A DNA stretch of 64,000 nucleotides from Pseudomonadota bacterium (GTDB lineage: Bacteria; Pseudomonadota; Alphaproteobacteria; Caulobacterales; Hyphomonadaceae). The translations under genes were made by a program, and so were the position numbers. Shown piece after piece: positions 56,272 through 64,000 of the stretch. Positions within the stretch are counted from its first letter, which is position 1. Each line of letters begins with the position of its first letter. The notes beneath the pieces were generated by a model. That model saw only the letters and a program-made list of their open reading frames with translations. It searched no databases and had not been told where the DNA came from. The DNA lies in NCBI GenBank assembly GCA_039818665.1, contig JBCBTJ010000002.1, positions 16,195 through 80,194 of the forward strand, given 5' to 3'.

Positions 56272-57576
56272 CTATGAACCCCGCGTCCGCCGGAGCTCGG
56301 CCCAACGCTCCAGGCGCTCCCGGATGGCCGCCTCGCGCCCCTCGCCCTTCGGCGCGTAGAAGACCGGCCGCTCCATGCCGTCCGGAAAATAGTTCTGCCC
56401 GGAGAACCCATCCTCGGCGTCATGGTCATAGGCGTAGCCGTCGCCATAGCCCTCGTCTTTCATCAGCTGGGTCGGCGCGTTGAGGATGTGCTTCGGCGGG
56501 CTCAGCGACCCCGTCTCGCGCGCCACCCGCATCGCGCCCTTGTAGGCCTTGTACACCGCATTGGATTTCGGCGCGGTGGCGAGGTGGACGAGCGCATGGG
56601 CGAGCGCCAACTCGCCTTCCGGGCTGCCAAGCCGCTCATAGGCGCGGGTGGCTTCGTTCGTGATCATCAGCGCCGTCGGGTCGGCGAGGCCGATATCCTC
56701 CGACGCCATGCGGATCATGCGCCGCGCGAGATAAAGCGGGTCCTCGCCGCCGACCAGCATGCGCGCGAACCAGTAGAGCGCCGCGTCCGGATCCGATCCG
56801 CGCACGGCTTTATGCAGCGCTGAGATGAGATTGTAGTGCTCGTCGCGGTCCTTGTCGTAAGCCGGCGCGCGTTTCTGCAGCGCGGCCGAGAGCGCCGGAG
56901 CGTCCAGCGGCGCCTCGCCGCCCAGGGTGAACGCCTGCTCGGCGAGATTGAGCAGATACCGCCCGTCCCCGTCCGCCATATCGACCAGCGCCGCCCGCGC
57001 GCCGGGATCCAGCGGCAGCGCCGCGCCCTCTTCAGCTTCGGCCCGCGCAAGCAGTGCCTCTAGCGCCTCCGGCTCCAGCCGTTTCAGCGTCAGAACCTGG
57101 CAGCGCGAGAGGAGCGCGCCATTGATTTCAAAGCTCGGATTCTCAGTCGTCGCCCCGACCAGCGTCACCACGCCCCGTTCAACGAAAGGTAGGAACCCGT
57201 CCTGTTGAGCGCGATTGAACCGGTGGATCTCATCGACGAAGAGCAACGTGCCCTGGCCGGCGGACCGGCGCGCCTCGGCCCGGTCGAAGGCCGCGCGCAG
57301 GTCTTTCACGCCGGAAAAGACCGCCGAGACCGCCTCATATTCCAGCTCCGCCGCCTTGGCGAGCAGCTGGGCGATCGTGGTCTTCCCAACGCCGGGCGGT
57401 CCCCACAGAATGATGGAAGAAAACCGCCCGGCCGCGAGCATCCGCCCGATCGGCCCGTCCGCGCCCAGCAAATGATCCTGACCGACCACCTCGTCCAAGC
57501 TTTGCGGGCGCAGCCGGTCCGCGAGCGGACGCGGCGCGCCGTCAGAAAGGCCGGAGGCGGCGAAGAGGTCTGACAT
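56272..57576 (-). CDS. rarA: replication-associated recombination protein A
   Basis: ATG at 57576 (MSDLFAASG...). Walker A GPPGVGKTT, LFVDEIHRFN and a MgsA C-terminal region (YDEHYNLISALHKAVRGSD). Confidence 0.9.
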   Translation of the reverse strand: MSDLFAASGLSDGAPRPLADRLRPQSLDEVVGQDHLLGADGPIGRMLAAGRFSSIILWGPPGVGKTTIAQLLAKAAELEYEAVSAVFSGVKDLRAAFDRAEARRSAGQGTLLFVDEIHRFNRAQQDGFLPFVERGVVTLVGATTENPSFEINGALLSRCQVLTLKRLEPEALEALLARAEAEEGAALPLDPGARAALVDMADGDGRYLLNLAEQAFTLGGEAPLDAPALSAALQKRAPAYDKDRDEHYNLISALHKAVRGSDPDAALYWFARMLVGGEDPLYLARRMIRMASEDIGLADPTALMITNEATRAYERLGSPEGELALAHALVHLATAPKSNAVYKAYKGAMRVARETGSLSPPKHILNAPTQLMKDEGYGDGYAYDHDAEDGFSGQNYFPDGMERPVFYAPKGEGREAAIRERLERWAELRRTRGS

Positions 57577-57620
57577 GGACGCGAAACTAGCGCCGCGCAC
57601 GCCGAACAGCCAGCGAAGCC

Positions 57621-59060
57621 CTAGATCCGAACCTGCGCATTGATCCGGCGGCCATTCCGCTCGATCTGGAAGCGCCAATTCCGCCCACCGTCGTCGCGCG
57701 CCAGCGTGTCCTCCAACTCGTCCAGCGAGCGCACAGGCTCGCCGTTGATCTCGACGATCATGTCGCCCGGCCGCACGATCCGACGCGCATAAGCGCCGCG
57801 CAGGACACGCGTCACCAGCACGCCCGTGGCGAACGGGTCGCGGCCGAGCTCTTCGGCCAGCGCCGGCGACAATTCCGCCACCTCGGCGCCGTTGAAGGGA
57901 TTGTCGCCCTCGATCAGCACAAGATCGGCTTCCGTCGCGCCCGGCGGCGGGGCGAGGCGCACGCGCACCGTCTGCGGCTCGCCGCCGCGCAGTACGTCCA
58001 GCGTCACCTGATCGCCCGGAGAATTGATGGCCGCGAGAAACTTCAGCCCGCGCTCGTCAAACACTTCGCGGCCTTCAATGGCGGTGATCAGATCGCCGCG
58101 CCGCAGCTCCGCGAGGTCGGCCGGGCCTTCGGGGTAGACCTCGGTGACGATCACGCCCACGGGCCGCTCCAGCCCCTGGGACTTGGCGATGTCGAACGTG
58201 ACCGACTGGCCCTTTAGGCCGAGCCAAGGCCGCACGATCCGGCCTTCATTCACCGCCGCGTCGACCACACGTTTCACCATTTCCGACGGGATCGCGAACC
58301 CGATGCCGTTGGACCCGCCCGACCGCGAGAAGATCGCCGTGTTCACGCCCACCAGCTCGCCGGCCGTGTTCACCAACGCGCCGCCGGAATTGCCGGGATT
58401 GATGGCCGCATCCGTCTGCAGGAAGAACGCATAGTCGCTGACGCCCACATCCGTGCGCGCCGTCGCCGAGATGATCCCATTGGTGACCGTCTGGCCAACG
58501 CCGAACGGATTGCCGATGGCGAGCACCAGGTCGCCCACCTGTACGTCGCGCGTGTCGGCATAGGGCAATGTCGGCAGCGCGCCGCCGTCTGCGTCGATCT
58601 TCAAGACCGCGAGATCGGTCCGTTCATCAGCGAGAATCAGCTCCGCGGCGTACTCCCGCCGATCCGCAAGCACGACCTGGAACTCCTCCGCGCCGTCGAT
58701 GACATGATTGTTCGTCACGATCACGCCGTCCGATCCGACGATCACGCCCGACCCCAGAGACGATTGCACCCGCTCGCGCGGCATGCCGCGGAACCGGCCG
58801 AAGAAGGGATCGTTTGCGAAAGGCGAGGTCCGCTGGCGCACCACGCGCTGGGAATAGACGTTCACCACCGCGGGCGAGGCGTCGCGCACCAGCGGCGCGA
58901 AGGTCAGCTCGATCTCCGCTTGGCTGCGCGGCAGCAATTGCGCCTGCGGCTTGGCCTGGAAAATCGGCGCGACCGCGATCACCAAAAGCACCGCCACCGC
59001 CACACAGGCGACGACCAGCAGTTTCGAAACATGACGCGTCATAGGTTGAGGCATAGACAT
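57621..59060 (-). CDS. DegP/DegQ (HtrA) family periplasmic serine protease
   Basis: Catalytic residues in TNNHV, D...LAVLK and GNSGGAL, plus two PDZ-like regions. The start is uncertain: ATGs at 59060, 59054 and 59042 precede the TM anchor. Confidence 0.85.
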   Translation of the reverse strand: MSMPQPMTRHVSKLLVVACVAVAVLLVIAVAPIFQAKPQAQLLPRSQAEIELTFAPLVRDASPAVVNVYSQRVVRQRTSPFANDPFFGRFRGMPRERVQSSLGSGVIVGSDGVIVTNNHVIDGAEEFQVVLADRREYAAELILADERTDLAVLKIDADGGALPTLPYADTRDVQVGDLVLAIGNPFGVGQTVTNGIISATARTDVGVSDYAFFLQTDAAINPGNSGGALVNTAGELVGVNTAIFSRSGGSNGIGFAIPSEMVKRVVDAAVNEGRIVRPWLGLKGQSVTFDIAKSQGLERPVGVIVTEVYPEGPADLAELRRGDLITAIEGREVFDERGLKFLAAINSPGDQVTLDVLRGGEPQTVRVRLAPPPGATEADLVLIEGDNPFNGAEVAELSPALAEELGRDPFATGVLVTRVLRGAYARRIVRPGDMIVEINGEPVRSLDELEDTLARDDGGRNWRFQIERNGRRINAQVRI

Positions 59061-59185
59061 GGAAAATGGCTCTATTGCGGCCGATGAGAAGAGGCAAGTT
59101 GGCTGAAAAAACATATCGCGCAGCTGAACGCGGCGCTCAGCTGATGGATAGATAACGGCGAAGCGAATCGGCCGGGGACAACATA

Positions 59186-59887
59186 TTGAAGAGAATAGGT
59201 TTGATCGGCGGCGTCAGCCCCGAAAGCACGGTCGTCTACTACCAACTGCTGAACCAAGCCGCCCGGCGCGCCCTGGGCGGGGATCATTCCGCCGACATCG
59301 TCATCCACTCTCTGGATTTCGGCGTCATGCACCAGCTCTATGACGCGGCCGACTGGGACGGGTTCACCGCAAAAGTCGCCAGCGCCGCCCGTGGCCTCGA
59401 GGCCGCCGACTGCGAGCTCATCGCCATCTCATCCAACACGACCCAAGTCGCCGCCGAAGCCTCCGCCGCCGCGGTGGACGCGCCTTTCGTCTTCCTCATC
59501 GACGCCCTCGCCGACGCCATCCGCGCCAAGGGCGCCGCGCGGCCCCTGCTTCTCGGCACGCGCTTCGTCATGGAGGGCCATTTCTATCGCCCGACGCTCC
59601 AAGAGCGGTTCGGCATCGACTGCGTCACGCCGTCCGAGCCCGACCGGGCCGAGGTCGACCGCATCATTTTCGAAGAGCTGTCGCTCGGCGCCATCCGCGA
59701 CGCCTCCCGCGCGCGCTTCCTCGAGATCATCGAACGCGGCCGAGACGCCGGCGCCGACAGCGCCATTCTCGGCTGCACCGAGTTCAACCTTTTCGACTGC
59801 CCCAGCCGAACGGAGACGCCCCTGTTCGACACGACGCTCATCCACGCCGCCGCGATCGCGCGGGCCGCCTACGGCGAACCGGCCTAA
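59186..59887 (+). CDS. aspartate/glutamate racemase family protein
   Basis: 233 aa. TTG start (MKRIGLIGGVSPEST...), ISSNT and LGCTEF motifs containing the two catalytic Cys/Thr positions of Asp/Glu racemases. Confidence 0.7.
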   Translation: MKRIGLIGGVSPESTVVYYQLLNQAARRALGGDHSADIVIHSLDFGVMHQLYDAADWDGFTAKVASAARGLEAADCELIAISSNTTQVAAEASAAAVDAPFVFLIDALADAIRAKGAARPLLLGTRFVMEGHFYRPTLQERFGIDCVTPSEPDRAEVDRIIFEELSLGAIRDASRARFLEIIERGRDAGADSAILGCTEFNLFDCPSRTETPLFDTTLIHAAAIARAAYGEPA

Positions 59888-59957
59888 TCCATCGTCCGCC
59901 TTCAGCCCAGGCTGCAGGAATGGTAGTGTCGATCCGGCGGATCGGGGGAGGACAGCC

Positions 59958-60407
59958 ATGGCGGTGATGACGCCCGCTGAGATCATCAATCTGCAGCTCA
60001 TGGCGAACCAGACGTCGGCGATCATCATCACCGGAGCATTCACCCTCGTTTTCGGCTATATCGGTTCGCTCTACTTCTTCATTCGCCACACGGCGTTCCA
60101 TGTGAGAGCGCTGGCGTTCGCGATCTACTCGCTCAGCTTGTTCTTTCTGTATTGGGCGATCTTCGGATTGAACCTGCAGTGGTACAACTGGATCCATCAC
60201 CTCTACAAATCCGCTGAGGCCGGCGTCTGGACTTCGGCCATGTCGGTCGGCCGCGAAAGGCTTACCCGAATGGTCGACATCGGATTCTACACCACCAACA
60301 CGGTGTTTGCGACCGCCTGGTTGGCCGCGTTATATTTGACGTTTTTGTACGGGTGGCGAACCAAGGAAGAGCGCGCAGCCCGCGCGACCCAATCCAAACA
60401 GGCCTAG
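59958..60407 (+). CDS. hypothetical membrane protein (4 TM)
   Basis: Internal ATG at 59958 with GGGGGAGGA upstream. Four hydrophobic segments. The upstream part of track ORF 59340-60407 is the shadow of the racemase gene. Confidence 0.5.
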   Translation: MAVMTPAEIINLQLMANQTSAIIITGAFTLVFGYIGSLYFFIRHTAFHVRALAFAIYSLSLFFLYWAIFGLNLQWYNWIHHLYKSAEAGVWTSAMSVGRERLTRMVDIGFYTTNTVFATAWLAALYLTFLYGWRTKEERAARATQSKQA

Positions 60408-60414
60408 CCTCAGC

Positions 60415-60837
60415 CTATTCCTCGACCATCTCCGCTTCGGCCTCGACGCGCGCGCGGTCCGCGGCGCCCTTGGCCTCTTCGTCGCGGTCGACAAGCTCGA
60501 TCACCGCCATCGGCGCGCTGTCGCCATAGCGATAACCGGCCTTCAGCACGCGGGTGTAGCCGCCATTGCGCTCGGCATAGCGCGGGCCCAGCGTCTCGAA
60601 GAGCTTGCGGACCATCTTCTTGTCGCCGACCTTGGCGATGGCGCGGCGCCGGGCGGCGAGGTCGCCCTTCTTCGCCAGCGTCACCAGCTTGTCCATCACC
60701 GGCTTCAGCTCTTTGGCCTTGGGCAAGGTCGTGACGATCTGCTCATGCTCGATCAGCGAGGCCGCCATATTGCTGAACATCGCCTTGCGGTGAGACGAGG
60801 TGCGGTTGAGCTTTCTGTGCGCGAGACCGTGGCGCAT
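60415..60837 (-). CDS. rplQ: 50S ribosomal protein L17
   Basis: [25 protein letters not shown]... is a canonical L17 N-terminus. Confidence 0.95.
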   Translation of the reverse strand: MRHGLAHRKLNRTSSHRKAMFSNMAASLIEHEQIVTTLPKAKELKPVMDKLVTLAKKGDLAARRRAIAKVGDKKMVRKLFETLGPRYAERNGGYTRVLKAGYRYGDSAPMAVIELVDRDEEAKGAADRARVEAEAEMVEE

Positions 60838-60863
60838 GGGATCCTCCTGAGGGCGCGGCGCGC

Positions 60864-61901
60864 CTAGTGTTCGTCGTAGCGCTTGGCGAGCGCCTCAATG
60901 TCTTCCGGCGGCCAATCCGGCACGTCCATGCCGAGATGCAGGCCCATGCCCGCGAGCACTTCCTTGATCTCGTTCAGCGACTTCCGGCCGAAGTTCGGCG
61001 TGCGGAGCATCTCCGCTTCGGACTTCTGAATGAGGTCGCCGATATAGACGATATTGTCGTTCTTCAAGCAATTCGCCGAACGGACCGACAGCTCCAGCTC
61101 GTCCACCTTCTTGAGGAGGACCGGATTGAAGCCGAGATCGGCCTCTTGCTGGGTCTGGTCTTCGACCTTCGGCTCGTCGAACGTGATGAACAGCTGAAGC
61201 TGGTCCTGGAGAATGCGCGCGGCGTAGGCGACCGCGTCCTCCGGCATCACCGAACCGTCCGTCTCCACCGAGAGGGTCAGCTTGTCATAGTCGAGCACTT
61301 GGCCTTCGCGCGTGTCCTCGACCTGGTAGCCGACGCGGCGAACCGGCGAGTAGATCGCGTCCACCGGGATGAACCCGATCGGGGCGTCTTCCGGACGGCT
61401 CTGATCGGCCGGCACATAGCCCTTGCCCGTGGCGACCGTGAACTCCATGCGCACGCTGGCGCCTTCGTCCAGGTGGCAGATCACGAGATCCGGGTTGAGG
61501 ATGTGCACATCGCCCGGCGTTTCGATCTGGCCGGCCTTCACTGGGCCCGCGCCCGAGGCGGATAGAACCATCCGCTTCGGCGTTTCAGACACCATGGAGA
61601 TGGCGACCTGCTTGAGGTTCAGCACAATCGTCGTGATGTCCTCGCGCACGCCGGCGATGGCCGAAAACTCGTGCACGACGCCGTCGATCTGAACGCCCGT
61701 GATCGCCGCGCCCTGAAGCGAGGAGAGCAGCACCCGGCGCAGCGCATTGCCAAGCGTCGTGCCGAAGCCGCGCTCAAGCGGCTCGACAACCAGCTTCGCT
61801 TTGCGCTTGCCGTCGACGCCCGGCTCGATCACCGGACGGTTCGGGCGGATCAGTTCTTTCCAATTGCGGTCGTTGACGGATGCGTCGGCGGCTTGGCTCA
61901 T
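60864..61901 (-). CDS. rpoA: DNA-directed RNA polymerase subunit alpha
   Basis: 345 aa. NWKELIRP..., [17 protein letters not shown] and a C-terminal [21 protein letters not shown]. Confidence 0.95.
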   Translation of the reverse strand: MSQAADASVNDRNWKELIRPNRPVIEPGVDGKRKAKLVVEPLERGFGTTLGNALRRVLLSSLQGAAITGVQIDGVVHEFSAIAGVREDITTIVLNLKQVAISMVSETPKRMVLSASGAGPVKAGQIETPGDVHILNPDLVICHLDEGASVRMEFTVATGKGYVPADQSRPEDAPIGFIPVDAIYSPVRRVGYQVEDTREGQVLDYDKLTLSVETDGSVMPEDAVAYAARILQDQLQLFITFDEPKVEDQTQQEADLGFNPVLLKKVDELELSVRSANCLKNDNIVYIGDLIQKSEAEMLRTPNFGRKSLNEIKEVLAGMGLHLGMDVPDWPPEDIEALAKRYDEH

Positions 61902-61940
61902 GCCAGGCTCCTTTGGCTCAAATGTATCGATCCCAGGGGC

Positions 61941-62330
61941 TTAAACGCGGCGGCGCTTGGGCGGCCGGCAGCCATTGTGCGGGATCGGCGTGGTGTCTCG
62001 AATGCTGGTGACGGTGAGGCCGACGGCCTGCAGCGCGCGAAGGGCGGATTCGCGGCCCGAACCCGGTCCGCGCACATTCACCTCGACGGTGGTCATGCCA
62101 TGATCCATCGCCTTCTTGGCGGCGTCCTCGGCGGCGACCTGCGCGGCGTACGGCGTCGATTTGCGCGAGCCCTTAAAGCCCATGGCGCCGGCCGACGACC
62201 AAGAGATCGCATTGCCCTGCGCATCTGTGATCGTTATGTTGGTGTTGTTGAACGACGAGTTCACATGAGCGACGCCCGAGGCGATGTTCTTTTTCTCGCG
62301 GCGACGGACGCGGGTGGTGTCGCGGGCCAT
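61941..62330 (-). CDS. rpsK: 30S ribosomal protein S11
   Basis: 129 aa. [18 protein letters not shown]...[14 protein letters not shown]. Confidence 0.95.
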   Translation of the reverse strand: MARDTTRVRRREKKNIASGVAHVNSSFNNTNITITDAQGNAISWSSAGAMGFKGSRKSTPYAAQVAAEDAAKKAMDHGMTTVEVNVRGPGSGRESALRALQAVGLTVTSIRDTTPIPHNGCRPPKRRRV

Positions 62331-62342
62331 GGATCGGTCCTC

Positions 62343-62711
62343 TTATTTCTTCTTGCCGGCGATCGGCTTGGCCGGGCCTTTGCGCGTACGCGCGTTCGTA
62401 TGCGTGCGCTGGCCGCGCACCGGAAGGCGCTTGCGGTGGCGCAGGCCGCGATAGCAGCCAAGGTCCATCAAGCGCTTGATGTTCATCGAGGTCTCGCGGC
62501 GCAAATCGCCCTCGACCGTATAGTCCGCGTCGATCGTCTCGCGGATCTGGATCACTTCGGCGTCCGACAGCTCATTAACTCGGCGGTGAGGCTCAACGCC
62601 CACTCTGCCGCAGATATCACGGGCCATGGCCGGGCCGATGCCGTGAATATAGCTCAGCGCGACCTCGACGCGCTTGTTGGTCGGAATATTGACACCTGCG
62701 ATGCGGGCCAA
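62343..62711 (-). CDS. rpsM: 30S ribosomal protein S13
   Basis: TTG at 62711 gives [26 protein letters not shown]..., the canonical S13 N-terminus. The track start at 62741 is probably too far upstream. Confidence 0.9.
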   Translation of the reverse strand: MARIAGVNIPTNKRVEVALSYIHGIGPAMARDICGRVGVEPHRRVNELSDAEVIQIRETIDADYTVEGDLRRETSMNIKRLMDLGCYRGLRHRKRLPVRGQRTHTNARTRKGPAKPIAGKKK

Positions 62712-62801
62712 ATCTAAACTCCTGCCAGTAGAAAAGCCCAACCGCGCGACACGTGAATCCGCACCGCGCGCCAGGCGCCAGCCTTCTCAACGAAGAGCGT
62801 G

Positions 62802-62829
62802 GTTATAAGCGCGGCGCAGCGCGCGTCAA
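62802..62829 (-). promoter_or_regulatory. sigma70-like promoter for the rpsM-rpsK-rpoA-rplQ operon
   Basis: The minus strand reads TTGACG - 16 nt - TATAAC, about 90 nt upstream of the rpsM start, in the adk-rpsM intergenic region. Confidence 0.4.
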
Positions 62830-62845
62830 TAGGATATTCCGCGTC

Positions 62846-63415
62846 TCAAACGGCTTCTTTCAGCGCCGCGTCGATCGCCGCCGAGACCTCCTCGATGCCG
62901 CCCATGCCGTCGACCTCGGTCAGTTTGCCGCGTTCGGCGTAGATCGGCACCAGCGGAGCCGTGTCGCCATTGTATTTTTCCAGCCGCGTTGAGAAGGTCG
63001 CCGGATTGTCGTCCTTGCGCCCCTGCTCTTCGAACCGCTTGGTCACGCGCTCCAGAAGCTTTTCTTCGTCGACCACCAAGCGGATCACCAAATCCACCTG
63101 CGCGCCCCTTTTGGCGAGGGCCGCGTCCAGCGCTTCGGCCTGGCCGACCGTCCTCGGGAAGCCGTCGAAAATAAAGCCCGGCGCATCGGTGTTGGCTTCC
63201 AGCTGCTCTTCGATCAGCGCGATCACCACCTCGTCGGAGACGAGCGCGCCCTCTTCCAAGATCGACTTCACCCGCTGGCCGAGCTCCGAGCCCGACGCGA
63301 TCGCCGCGCGCAGCATGTCGCCGGTCGACAATTGGATATAGCCGCGCATCTCCACGAGCCGCTTGGCCTGCGTGCCCTTCCCGGCCGCCGGCGGCCCGAA
63401 CAATATCAGATTCAA
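62846..63415 (-). CDS. adk: adenylate kinase
   Basis: 189 aa. MNLILFGPPAAGKGTQA P-loop and the short (zinc-less) LID form. 4-nt overlap with the secY stop. Confidence 0.95.
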   Translation of the reverse strand: MNLILFGPPAAGKGTQAKRLVEMRGYIQLSTGDMLRAAIASGSELGQRVKSILEEGALVSDEVVIALIEEQLEANTDAPGFIFDGFPRTVGQAEALDAALAKRGAQVDLVIRLVVDEEKLLERVTKRFEEQGRKDDNPATFSTRLEKYNGDTAPLVPIYAERGKLTEVDGMGGIEEVSAAIDAALKEAV

Positions 63416-64000
63416 CGCTTGCGCCCTCCCAGCCGCGACTTCTTCACCAGGCCCTCATACTGGTGCGCGATGAGGTGCGACTGGATCTGGGTCACAGTAT
63501 CCATTGTCACAGAAACGACAATCAAGAGCGACGTTCCGCCTATATAGAAGGGGATGGCCGGGTATTCTCGTCGCAAGACCTCCGGCAGCAGGCAGACGAA
63601 ACACAAATACACCGCGCCGATCGTCGTCAGCCGCGTCAGCACGTAGTCGAGATAGGCCGCCGTGTTCTTGCCGGGCCGGATGCCGGGAATGAAGCCGCCA
63701 TATTTTCGGAGATTGTCCGCCGTCTCGTCCGGATTGAACACGATGGACGTGTAGAAGAAGGCGAAGAAGGCGATCAGCACCCCATAGGTGATGATGAAGC
63801 CCCACGAACTCGGTCCGAAATTGATTTGGAACCATTGCAGCCAGCCGCCTGCGCCGGCGGCCGGGTCCGTCCCGCCGGAGAAGCCGGCCACCGTCGTCGG
63901 CAGCAAGAGCAGCGCCGAGGCGAAGATCGCCGGAATGACGCCTGACGTGTTGATCTTGATCGGCAGGAACGAGTTCTGTCCCTGCATCATCTGCGCGCCT
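63412..64000 (-). CDS. secY: preprotein translocase subunit SecY, C-terminal part; gene continues beyond the right edge
   Basis: ...INTSGVIPAIFASALLLLP...ADNLRKYGGFIPGIRPGKNTAAYLDYVLTRLT...GGTSLLIVVSVTMDTVTQIQSHL are canonical SecY segments. Confidence 0.9.
   Translation of the reverse strand, partial: GAQMMQGQNSFLPIKINTSGVIPAIFASALLLLPTTVAGFSGGTDPAAGAGGWLQWFQINFGPSSWGFIITYGVLIAFFAFFYTSIVFNPDETADNLRKYGGFIPGIRPGKNTAAYLDYVLTRLTTIGAVYLCFVCLLPEVLRREYPAIPFYIGGTSLLIVVSVTMDTVTQIQSHLIAHQYEGLVKKSRLGGRKR

Noticed and set aside
1-64000. CRISPR arrays, IS elements or transposases, integrases, rRNA and intact tRNA genes
   Set aside because: By-eye reading found no repeat-spacer periodicity, and the ORF translations show no transposase or recombinase motifs. 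No rRNA or tRNA signatures were found. Absence should be confirmed with dedicated tools.

Overview
High-GC bacterial chromosome segment. Hand counts give 40/60 G+C at 31141-31200. Gene content and order look alphaproteobacterial: HdaA next to purMN, DUF2336, an NDUFA12-like/MlaD/DUF2155 trio, and an rpsM-rpsK-rpoA-rplQ operon without rpsD. That assignment is inference. About 65 CDS are supportable, and most are housekeeping: nadK, aroQ-accBC, aat, aspS, rnd, ppk-ppx, purMN, ndk, holC-pepA divergent from lptFG, topA, rnr, rarA, degP-like, secY-adk and the ribosomal/rpoA operon. No rRNA, intact tRNA, CRISPR array, transposase or integrase was seen. The main finding is a ~2.6 kb low-GC islet at about 28.16-30.76 kb (25/60 and 26/60 G+C in two hand-counted 60-mers), wedged between a pentapeptide-repeat gene and aspS. 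It holds three orphan genes. One is a 334-aa protein with a PD-(D/E)xK-nuclease-like motif layout. Convergent to it is an overlapping two-gene operon encoding a 227-aa two-TM membrane protein and a 99-aa Trp-rich protein. I could not place any of the three in a named family, so this is my best candidate for an undescribed, possibly defence-like, module. Other points worth a second look: (1) a canonical TPP riboswitch sits inside the thiS...thiG cluster, directly in front of an unexpected SAM methyltransferase; (2) an N-terminally truncated, apparently catalytically degenerate NrdJ (class II RNR) paralog keeps a near-canonical C-terminal domain and has an NrdR-box-like palindrome upstream; (3) a Gtr-like periplasmic glycosylation cluster (polytopic membrane protein / GtrA / GT2 / methyltransferase); (4) a Fur-box-like palindrome precedes an Fe(3+) ABC transporter; (5) a stand-alone RyR-domain protein; (6) a degenerate EAL protein lies next to Hpt and DUF2336 genes. 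All family assignments come from by-eye motif recognition, not database searches.
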